Made by a program: the position numbers and the translations under genes
Assembly (NCBI GenBank): GCA_029259185.1
Contig: JAPDJF010000028.1
Span: 1 to 16,213 of the forward strand
Reading direction: 5' to 3'
Source: Hadesarchaea archaeon
GTDB lineage: Archaea; Hadarchaeota; Hadarchaeia; Hadarchaeales; WYZ-LMO6
Length of the DNA stretch: 16,213 bases
Part shown: one piece after another, positions 1 to 8,056 of the stretch
How positions within the stretch are numbered: the first letter of the stretch is position 1
Layout: each line of letters starts with the position of its first letter
Notes under the pieces: generated by a model
Database searches by the model: none
What the model saw: only the letters and a program-made list of their open reading frames with translations
Told to the model about the DNA's origin: nothing

Positions 1-192
1 GTGGTGTTCGTGGATTGCTTCGAGGAGCTCGTCACCGCCAACGGGTTCGAGCGGGCCATGGGTTTCCTGGTGGAGATCGCGGGGCTCTGCTCCAGGAGGA
101 ACTCGAACCTGCTCGTGAGGGGCGATCGAACGGGACTCTTGAAAAGGCGGTGGGTTGAGGTAGGGTGTTTGCATACATGTCGTCATCGTTGA
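1..192 (+). CDS. 5'-truncated gene, C-terminus resembling a DUF835-type archaeal domain
   Basis: Open frame from the window edge. VVFVDCFEELVTANGFERAMGFL resembles the 'vvvlDclEyLi..NGFe.v.kFL' pattern of DUF835 domains. The tail after NSNLLV is less typical. Confidence 0.5.
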   Translation: MVFVDCFEELVTANGFERAMGFLVEIAGLCSRRNSNLLVRGDRTGLLKRRWVEVGCLHTCRHR

Positions 193-258
193 GGAGATAA
201 TGAATTTCCGAAACACGCTTCGGGTGCTTTTTTCTTCAGAAGAGAAAAATAAACATGG

Positions 259-774
259 ATGGACGTACATCTCGCGATCAGGACTCGGAGGAGCGTTAGG
301 TCATATAAGCCGGTTCCGGTTCCAGAAGAGAGTTTGAAAAAGATACTCGAAGCCGCGCGGCTCGCCCCATCAGCCAAGAACATACAACCTTGGAAATTCG
401 TGGTCGTTCGAGATCCTGGAAGGAAGAAACAACTCGCTGATGCGGCTCAAGGTCAAAAGTTCGTTGGAGAGGCACCCGTGGTGATAGCAGCAGTAGCCCT
501 AGACCCCGAGCGGGTGTTGAAGTGTGGTGTGCCATCGTATGCAGTGGATTTAGCGATTGCAGTAGATCATATAACCCTAGCCGCCGTAGAAGAGGGCCTA
601 GGGACATGCTGGGTAGGGGCATTCTCCCAAGATGATGTTAGACGTATTCTGAAGATCCCAGAGCAGTATAAGGTGGTGGCATTGCTTCCCTTAGGATTTC
701 CCGCCGACAGACCGACCGAGAAGTCGAGAAAGGATCTGGACGAAATAGTGTGTTATGAGACTTTCCATGAGTAG
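259..774 (+). CDS. Nitroreductase family FMN-dependent oxidoreductase
   Basis: 171 aa with the motifs IRTRRSVRSY, AARLAPSAKNIQPWKFVVV, LAAVEEGLGTCWVG and LLPLGFP. Confidence 0.95.
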   Translation: MDVHLAIRTRRSVRSYKPVPVPEESLKKILEAARLAPSAKNIQPWKFVVVRDPGRKKQLADAAQGQKFVGEAPVVIAAVALDPERVLKCGVPSYAVDLAIAVDHITLAAVEEGLGTCWVGAFSQDDVRRILKIPEQYKVVALLPLGFPADRPTEKSRKDLDEIVCYETFHE

Positions 775-860
775 GATGAATTTCGTCTAGTCCTGCTCGC
801 AGTAGGGCAAAAATCGAAGCTGGGGAGCAGGCTATATTGGTAGTCTTCCTCTTAAGGTGG

Positions 861-1223
861 ATGGATGGGATTTACGTTATTCAAAAGCACAGGGCTAGGC
901 ACCTACACTATGATTTGAGGCTGGAGATGGGGGGAGTGCTTAAGAGCTGGGCGATACCGAAAACCCCTCCCATAGAAAAAGGGGTGAAAAGGCTGGCGAT
1001 CCAGGTGGAAGATCATCCCCTCGACTACGCGGATTTCGAAGGGGTAATCCCTGAGGGGATGTACGGGGCGGGAAAGGTAGAGATTTGGGATAAGGGTGAG
1101 TACGTTCTGAGGGAGGAAAGGGGGGACAGAATGATTCTTGAGATCCGAGGCAAGAAGTTGAATGGGAGCTATTGCTTGGTGAAGTTTAAGGGAGAGAAGA
1201 ACTGGTTATTTTTCAAAATTTAG
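861..1223 (+). CDS. Standalone LigD-type DNA 3'-phosphoesterase (PE) domain protein
   Basis: [63 protein letters not shown] are LigD PE signatures. ATG 861 follows AAGGTGG and is preferred to the TTG at 837. Confidence 0.93.
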   Translation: MDGIYVIQKHRARHLHYDLRLEMGGVLKSWAIPKTPPIEKGVKRLAIQVEDHPLDYADFEGVIPEGMYGAGKVEIWDKGEYVLREERGDRMILEIRGKKLNGSYCLVKFKGEKNWLFFKI

Positions 1224-1243
1224 TTTTGGGCATATGCACATAA
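1224..1243. promoter_or_regulatory. Imperfect 20-bp palindrome upstream of the acyl-CoA dehydrogenase promoter region
   Basis: TTTTGGGCAT|ATGCACATAA has 8 of 10 arm positions complementary. It lies just upstream of an A-tract and TATA-like ATAAATA at about 1250. Confidence 0.3.
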
Positions 1244-1299
1244 AAAAAAATAAATACTCACTCAAAAGAAGAGTTCGGTAAAAAATTGGAGGGATGTGA

Positions 1300-2505
1300 A
1301 TGGATTTTGAGTTTACTGAGGAACAGCAGATGTTCAGAGATACCCTTCGAGAGTTCTTGGAGAAAGAGTTTGGCGCGATAGTGGACAAGAGGGACAAACA
1401 AGGTCCACTGAGCAAGGAAGAGGCCATAGACGTGATGAAGAAATTCAAGAAGGTTGGAGTTGGATTGGATCCGGAGAGCATAAGGACGTTGACAGATCCC
1501 GTGATCTTCGGCATAATAGCGGAGGAAGTCGGGAGAGTTTGGCCGAGCTTGCTTCCCCTTTTGGGTATGGGGGCGATTCCGGCGTTGTTCGTCCCAGTGG
1601 CCACTGATGATGTGAAGGATCGGCTGATGCCTAAGCTGGAGAGAGGAGAGTTCATCGGATGTTTTGCAGAAACTGAGCCGGAGGCGGGGTGTGATACTTC
1701 CAACATCAAGACGACGGCCAAACTGGAAGGGGATTATTACATAGTGAACGGGAGGAAGACATGGATAAGCAACGCAACGATAGCCGATGCGGCATTCACG
1801 GGGGTCAAGGATGCGAGTACGGGGGCAGACACCTTTATCCTCATCGATAGGGAGAGTTCTCCGTTCGAAACCAACGAGCTGCATAAGATAGGATGGAAGG
1901 CCTCCCCCACAGGAGAAATATTTTTCGACAACTGCAAGGTTCACAAAGATAACGAAATGAGCGTATTGATCCAGAAGACATTCGAAGCTGGGGGTCTCCC
2001 GGTTTCGGAGGGATACATGAAGCTGCTGAGCACGATGTCCCCTGCCACGGCGATGCTCACCCTCCCTAGGGCGGGGATGGCACTCGCTTCGGTTGGGATA
2101 GCCCAAGCAGCGTTCGAGAAGGCAATTGAGTACTCTAAAGAGAGAGTGCAGTTCGGCAAGCCGATAGGGAAATTCCAGTTGATTCAAGAGATGCTTTACA
2201 AGATGAATGTGTTGATCGAGACGTCTAGGTTGCTTGGATACAAAGCCGCCCATGCGATCGTCAGTGGGAGTCCGGAGGCGAGGAAGCTTTCGTCGATGGC
2301 CAAGGTGTACGCGGGCGAGGCGGCGGTTAAGGTGACGTACATGGCCATGCAGATCTTCGGGGGAAATGGGCTCTCGGATGAAATGCCACTTGAGCGTTAC
2401 TTCAGAGATGCAAGGATGATGACGGTTCCGGACGGCACTAGTGAAATAATGAAGTTGATCACCGGTTACACCATTCTGGGCAAAGGGTTCTCAGCATACG
2501 CCTAG
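1300..2505 (+). CDS. Acyl-CoA dehydrogenase family protein
   Basis: 401 aa: MDFEFTEEQQMFR, GCFAETEPEAGCD, YIVNGRKTWISN, ERVQFGKPIGKFQLIQ, AMQIFGGNG, LERYFRDAR. SD-like GGAGG upstream. Confidence 0.95.
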   Translation: MDFEFTEEQQMFRDTLREFLEKEFGAIVDKRDKQGPLSKEEAIDVMKKFKKVGVGLDPESIRTLTDPVIFGIIAEEVGRVWPSLLPLLGMGAIPALFVPVATDDVKDRLMPKLERGEFIGCFAETEPEAGCDTSNIKTTAKLEGDYYIVNGRKTWISNATIADAAFTGVKDASTGADTFILIDRESSPFETNELHKIGWKASPTGEIFFDNCKVHKDNEMSVLIQKTFEAGGLPVSEGYMKLLSTMSPATAMLTLPRAGMALASVGIAQAAFEKAIEYSKERVQFGKPIGKFQLIQEMLYKMNVLIETSRLLGYKAAHAIVSGSPEARKLSSMAKVYAGEAAVKVTYMAMQIFGGNGLSDEMPLERYFRDARMMTVPDGTSEIMKLITGYTILGKGFSAYA

Positions 2506-2514
2506 GAAAATCAC

Positions 2515-2540
2515 TTTATTTTTTTTCATCCTTTTCCAAG
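2515..2540. terminator. T-rich tract between convergent genes, probable archaeal intrinsic terminator
   Basis: TTTATTTTTTTTCATCCTTTTCC-type tract just after the ACAD stop and before the convergent dtxR stop. Confidence 0.45.
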
Positions 2541-2969
2541 TTATCCCTGCTTAAACTGCTTCAACCACTTAGACCTCTTCGGGGATTTCTTTATGAATTC
2601 CACGAGCTTTCTCAGCCTCCACACAGTTTTTGGGTGGACCACGTGTTCGATCCTGCATGCATCCCGCTCGGCGGTTTTCCTGTCTATTCCTAGGAGGAGA
2701 AGAAAACTCGTGAGCGTTTCATGCCGATGCATGACTTTTTTCGCTAGTTTCTTTCCCTCTGGGGTGAGCAGAACAGATCCATACTTTTTGTGTTGGATCA
2801 TCCCTATCTTACCCAGTTTCTCCAACATTTCAGTCACGCTTGGGGGTTTGTGTCCAAGCAAGGTGGATATCTCAGAGATCCTAGCCTCGCCCCTTTCTCT
2901 AGATATCTGATATATCGCCTCTAGATAGTCTTCCATGCTTGAACTGAATTTTTTGTTCCCTTGGGTCAT
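2541..2969 (-). CDS. DtxR/MntR family metal-dependent transcriptional regulator
   Basis: SSMEDYLEAIY, PPSVTEMLEKL, LTPEGKKLAKKVMHRHETLTSFL, AERDACRIEHVV. No C-terminal FeoA/SH3 domain. The start overlaps the feoA stop (ATGA). Confidence 0.95.
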   Translation of the reverse strand: MTQGNKKFSSSMEDYLEAIYQISRERGEARISEISTLLGHKPPSVTEMLEKLGKIGMIQHKKYGSVLLTPEGKKLAKKVMHRHETLTSFLLLLGIDRKTAERDACRIEHVVHPKTVWRLRKLVEFIKKSPKRSKWLKQFKQG

Positions 2970-3208
2970 ACAACGCTCTCCACGAGTACCTTTTGAGCCA
3001 CACCCCTCCCAAGCGCAACTTGTCGGCCGTTGACCTCAACCACAACGGGTCCGGGGGATGATGAGACTACCCGTAATTGGGAACCCTCCTTCACCCCTCT
3101 TAGAGCGAGTTTCTGTCTCAGCCCGTATCCCCCTAAAATTCTTGTCACGGTGCATTTTTCTCCTGGTTTGAGGTCTGCGAGACTTGGTAGATATCTCATA
3201 TCATACAT
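2966..3208 (-). CDS. feoA: Ferrous iron transport protein A
   Basis: LADLKPGEKCTV, LRQKLALRGVKEG, GPVVVEVNGRQVALGRGVAQKVLV. The true start may be ATG 3199. Confidence 0.93.
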   Translation of the reverse strand: MYDMRYLPSLADLKPGEKCTVTRILGGYGLRQKLALRGVKEGSQLRVVSSSPGPVVVEVNGRQVALGRGVAQKVLVESVV

Positions 3209-3230
3209 TCGAGTTCGACCACTCTAAAAA

Positions 3231-3258
3231 ATGTTAGGTGAACCGAAATATTTAAGAA
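3231..3258. promoter_or_regulatory. Putative DtxR box plus shared divergent BRE/TATA
   Basis: TTAGG-TGAA-CCGAA (3234-3247) matches the TTAGG-N4-CCTAA DtxR-type palindrome at 9 of 10 arm positions. It abuts TATTTAAG (3249-3256), which is TATA-like on both strands, between feoA-dtxR and feoB. Confidence 0.65.
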
Positions 3259-3314
3259 AAGAATTGTTTCTCTTTTTGGGTTAACTCTAAACGAAGAAAA
3301 CCCGGGTGTAAAAA

Positions 3315-5087
3315 ATGAAAAAGATCCTCCTCGTCGGGAACCCGAACGTGGGAAAGAGCGTGATCTTCAACAGACTCTCCGGAGCTAGGTCGGTCGTCTC
3401 TAACTATCCGGGAACCACGGTCGACTTCACCCGAGGATACATGGAGATACATGGAGAAAGATTCGAAATAATAGACTTACCCGGGAGCTTTTCTCTTGAA
3501 CCCAAAGACAAGGCGGAGGAAGTCACCCGCAGGATGTTGAAGGAGAAAAAGCCCCATGCAGTGGTGAGTGTAATAGATGCCACTTCAGTGGAGAGGGGAC
3601 TCTACTTAACATTGGAGCTCCTCGAGGAGGGTTACCCCCTCGTGGTAGCTCTGAACATGTCGGATCTGGCTAGAGACAAAAAGATCGCAGTGGATGGTCA
3701 AAGGCTTGAGGAGATTCTCGGGGTTCCGGTGGTATCCACCGTGGCGACCACGGGGGGAGGTCTAAGAGAGCTCGTGTCTAGGATCCCCGAGGCTAGGAGG
3801 GTGGATGTCACGCAAGTCGTGCAGAGGATCAAGGGCAAGAGGGGTGGCAAGCTCCATACCCCCTTGAGTCCAGATGACAGATGGAATCTGATAGATAAAA
3901 TTTCAGGCCAAGTGGTCTTCAGGGGGAAGTATAAGCACACGCTTAAAGATGTGATTTCTGATCTGAGCGTCCAACCGTTGACCGGTATCCCTCTCGCCAT
4001 AGCAGTACTTTATGGTTTTTGGTCATTTTTCTCAGCATTTGCTGGTTTCTGGACAGATGGGTTCCTGAGCAAACTGTTTGATGAATACTGGTTGCCTTGG
4101 ATTCAAGGTAGTTTCCCGGGTGCTGGGGCAACGATGGCAGCGAGTAGTCCTCTTTATGCTGTTTTGGTCGGGGATCCAGTCGCAAGTAGTTCACTAGAGG
4201 CGATGGGCGTGCTCACGAGCGGCCTATTCGTTCCCTTCGCAATAGTCTTGCCAGCCATCATATCCTTCTACCTCGTTTTGACGGTCTTGGAGGATACGGG
4301 TTACTTGCCTAGATTAGCCGTTATGGTAGACTCAGTTTTCCACAAGATAGGGTTGCATGGTTTCGCGATAGTGCCCACCATCCTTTCTCTCGGGTGCAAT
4401 GTTCCGGCGGTTCTCGCAACTAGGATTCTCGAAACCCGGAAGCAGCGGTTTATGGTAATGACGTTGTTAGGGGTATTCATCCCCTGTGGCGCTCAAATCG
4501 GAGTTATGCGAGATCTCATTCCTGAGTATGTGGGTCTGATTATCGTTTTCTTGTTCTTCGGGTACTTCGTGATGGGGGCCATCTTGAATAAGCTCATCCC
4601 CGGCACATCTCCCGAGATCCTCATGGACGTTCCACCTTATCGAACCCCGAACGAGAGGACGGTGATATCTAAAACTTGGATGCGAGCCTCCCACTTCCTA
4701 GTGGAGGCGATTCCCATTGTGCTCACTGGCGTGCTGCTGGTGAACACGCTTTACTGGCTTGGGGTGATAGACTGGATAGGAAATATCTTCGAACCCATCT
4801 TCGTCACTTGGTTCGGAGTACCGGCTGAGACAGCTAGACCGCTCGTCATGGCTTTCATGAGAAAAGACATGGCGGTGGGGATGCTGGGCGGGATCCCAAT
4901 GAGCACGGGACAACTGATAACTTCTGTAGTACTCGTTTCCCTGTATTTCCCATGTTTGGCCACTTTTTTGATGATCCTGAAGGAGGCCGGGCCAAAAGAT
5001 CTCTTGCGATCCGTGGCCGTGATGGTATTCTCGTTCTTTCTTTTCGGAGGACTTGCCCATTTGATGGTGGCGTTGGGAGGTATTTAA
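3315..5087 (+). CDS. feoB: Ferrous iron transport protein B
   Basis: G1 GNPNVGKS, VSNYPGTTVD, G3 DLPG, G4 NMSD, then membrane gate motifs LEDTGYLPRLA, LGCNVPA, IPCGAQ and YFPCLAT. Confidence 0.97.
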   Translation: MKKILLVGNPNVGKSVIFNRLSGARSVVSNYPGTTVDFTRGYMEIHGERFEIIDLPGSFSLEPKDKAEEVTRRMLKEKKPHAVVSVIDATSVERGLYLTLELLEEGYPLVVALNMSDLARDKKIAVDGQRLEEILGVPVVSTVATTGGGLRELVSRIPEARRVDVTQVVQRIKGKRGGKLHTPLSPDDRWNLIDKISGQVVFRGKYKHTLKDVISDLSVQPLTGIPLAIAVLYGFWSFFSAFAGFWTDGFLSKLFDEYWLPWIQGSFPGAGATMAASSPLYAVLVGDPVASSSLEAMGVLTSGLFVPFAIVLPAIISFYLVLTVLEDTGYLPRLAVMVDSVFHKIGLHGFAIVPTILSLGCNVPAVLATRILETRKQRFMVMTLLGVFIPCGAQIGVMRDLIPEYVGLIIVFLFFGYFVMGAILNKLIPGTSPEILMDVPPYRTPNERTVISKTWMRASHFLVEAIPIVLTGVLLVNTLYWLGVIDWIGNIFEPIFVTWFGVPAETARPLVMAFMRKDMAVGMLGGIPMSTGQLITSVVLVSLYFPCLATFLMILKEAGPKDLLRSVAVMVFSFFLFGGLAHLMVALGGI

Positions 5088-5088
5088 T

Positions 5089-5368
5089 GTCAACTACCCC
5101 TCCCTAAAGGAAGGGACTTGCAGGTGATCATGGTGTTCGAAACTCATCGCCCTCAGACCCGCACGGGGCCGGTTGACGGCGGCCGGTCTAGAGCGAGCCT
5201 GCTCGACTCCTCCGCCCGCTTCGGTCCGGAGCACTATTCGGGCTTCCGGACATCCGGACCACATCCAAGCCGTTTCTCCCCGGGGGATTGCCTTTCAGAG
5301 ATCGCACGCGCATTTTCACCTAAAAATCTCCCAGCCCTTTCGGACGGGGTCTCCTCGCGGTGGTCGAG
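5089..5368 (-). mobile_element. Non-autonomous miniature IS200/IS605 (IS1341/TnpB-derived, PATE-like) element retaining an omegaRNA-like scaffold
   Basis: Minus strand: TAM TCAT (5372-5369), guide tetramer GAGA, left-end hairpin CCCCGTCC-GAAA-GGGCTGGG (5349-5330), relic SD+ATG (AGGTGAAA-ATG 5313, MRVRSLK), GCCGTCAACCGGCC ('AAVNRP'), guide CAAG, right-end hairpin TCCCTTCC-TTTA-GGGAGGGG, terminus TAGTTGAC at 5089. No target-site duplication. Confidence 0.85.
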
Positions 5369-5797
5369 ATGAGCTGGGGTTCGCTCTATTTTGGATTCTT
5401 AGGCGTAGTCTTGTTGGTATTTGGGGCCATCGAGTTCATTACTGGTCTTCCAGGTATTAGAGAGGTCAGCGACCTAGGGTGGCTATCCATTCCTGGAGAT
5501 GCGTGGCGAGGAATCATCACTTTTTTTTCGGGGCTCTTCGTCTTCATGGGTTCAGTTAAATTTCAGAACATCCACGGGCTTGGGGAAGTGGTGCTGGGAC
5601 TCATAATGCTATGGATCGTGGCTGGGTGTGATATCTTCTCGACGGTACTTGAGTCGATTCCTGGAGGGGAGGAAGGCTGGTTCAACACGTTTCAAGGATT
5701 TGTGAGCTCATACACCCCACCTTATGCACCGGAGCTTTGGTTGTTTCCATTTTCGGTTGTGGTGATTTACTTTATACGAAAGAGAGGTGGTGGATAG
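5369..5797 (+). CDS. Hypothetical membrane protein (about 4 TM segments) in the feoB operon
   Basis: Hydrophobic segments LYFGFLGVVLLVFGAIEFI, IITFFSGLFVFMG, VVLGLIMLWIVAG and LWLFPFSVVVIYFI. ATG 5369 is preferred because the GTG at 5360 lies inside the inserted element. Confidence 0.8.
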   Translation: MSWGSLYFGFLGVVLLVFGAIEFITGLPGIREVSDLGWLSIPGDAWRGIITFFSGLFVFMGSVKFQNIHGLGEVVLGLIMLWIVAGCDIFSTVLESIPGGEEGWFNTFQGFVSSYTPPYAPELWLFPFSVVVIYFIRKRGGG

Positions 5798-6113
5798 AGT
5801 GATCAAAAAGATGTTGCTTTTGATGGGGAAAGGTTTAGATGTTGAAGCGATAGCCAAAAAACTCGGGATCGCCCGTGGAACCATCGAGGCGGTTTTGGAA
5901 TCGGCCGTTAGGGAAGGATATCTGGAGAGGGTGAGGCTCCCATCCGGTTGCTCAGGGTGCCCTCTCTACCGGGCATGTCGGGTTGAGGGAGTCCAAAGTG
6001 GCGGTGGGGTGATGTACATCCTCACTCCACGAGGGGAGGAATACATCCTGGAAAGGAGAAAACCTCGAGGCGATGTGAACGATGAGGGACAAACCTATTT
6101 ACCGATTCCCTAA
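5787..6113 (+). CDS. FeoC-like winged-helix protein with a Cys cluster
   Basis: HTH-like VEAIAKKLGIARGTIEAVLESAVREGYLERV followed by C-x2-C-x5-C (GCSGCPLYRAC) and YILTPRG. Located at the end of the feoB operon. Confidence 0.75.
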   Translation: MVDRVIKKMLLLMGKGLDVEAIAKKLGIARGTIEAVLESAVREGYLERVRLPSGCSGCPLYRACRVEGVQSGGGVMYILTPRGEEYILERRKPRGDVNDEGQTYLPIP

Positions 6114-6126
6114 AAGTTTTGGTGGT

Positions 6127-6221
6127 GGCCAGGGTGGTGTAGCGGTTAGCATCCGGGACTGTGGATCCCGTGACCCGGGTTCGAATTCGAGTTCATCTCG
6201 TCGAGATTCCCGGCCCTGGCC
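6127..6221 (+). tRNA. tRNA-His(GUG) with encoded G-1 and a 22-nt intron in the T-loop (59/60; 6186-6207)
   Basis: Acceptor GCCAGGG/CCCTGGC, anticodon arm CGGGA-CTGTGGA-TCCCG, G6127 opposite discriminator C6221. The T-stem CCGGG/CCCGG encloses 29 nt that fold into a BHB-like motif; removing 6186-6207 restores TTCGAAT. CCA is not encoded. Confidence 0.92.
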
Positions 6222-6254
6222 CTCCCTGACATCCTCGGTGGAGAAATCTCAATT

Positions 6255-6270
6255 GAAAAGTCTTAAGTAC
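6255..6270 (+). promoter_or_regulatory. Putative rRNA operon promoter (BRE/TATA)
   Basis: GAAAAG-T-CTTAAGTA, about 25 nt upstream of a structured leader starting near 6294 (CCACACCA...TGGTGTGG stem). Confidence 0.6.
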
Positions 6271-6468
6271 GTGTTCCATTCTAAACTATAATTGAGCTCC
6301 ACACCAAGGGCATGAAGGCGTCGACCAGGAGTATGAGCCTCTTTGGCTCGCGATGAGAGGTCGTACTCGTGGTGTGGATCCAAGATGTGGATCCGAATAA
6401 CCCAGGCTACTGGAGAGCTCGGGTCCGAGAAAGGTCCGATGCTTCCACGCCGAACTTGCGGCCACTTA

Positions 6469-7949
<1,481 letters not shown>

Positions 7950-7984
7950 ACGTATTTATTGGTGGGAAGCATCGGACTCTCGGA

Positions 7985-8056
7985 GGGCCCGTAGCTCAGT
8001 GGTAGAGCGTCGGCTTTGCAAGCCGAAGGTCCCGGGTTCGAGTCCCGGCGGGTCCA
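7985..8056 (+). tRNA. tRNA-Ala(UGC) in the 16S-23S spacer
   Basis: Acceptor GGGCCCG/CGGGTCC with G3:U70, anticodon arm TCGGC-TTTGCAA-GCCGA, T-arm CCGGG-TTCGAGT-CCCGG. Confidence 0.98.

Noticed and set aside
1258-2253. 331-aa minus-strand ORF and other antisense ORFs over ACAD, feoB, thiDN and the methylthiotransferase
   Set aside because: Each lies opposite or out of frame with a well-supported gene and lacks family motifs.
5089-5368. Reading the element as a plus-strand IscB omegaRNA/HEARO RNA or as an iron riboswitch
   Set aside because: The GTCAACTACCCC start is shared with IscB elements. However, the interior shows minus-strand TnpB relics (SD-ATG, AAVNRP, GTCAAC/GTTGAC pseudoknot) and no iscB ORF. 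There is no evidence for a riboswitch. A covariance search would settle it.
5118-5460. ORFs 5118-5372 and 5173-5460
   Set aside because: Low-information frames running across the mobile element, one overlapping the real membrane-protein gene out of frame.
6330-6370. C/D-box or K-turn-like words (TATGA, CGATGA) in the rRNA leader
   Set aside because: No matching CTGA D box nearby, so a separate sRNA cannot be supported.
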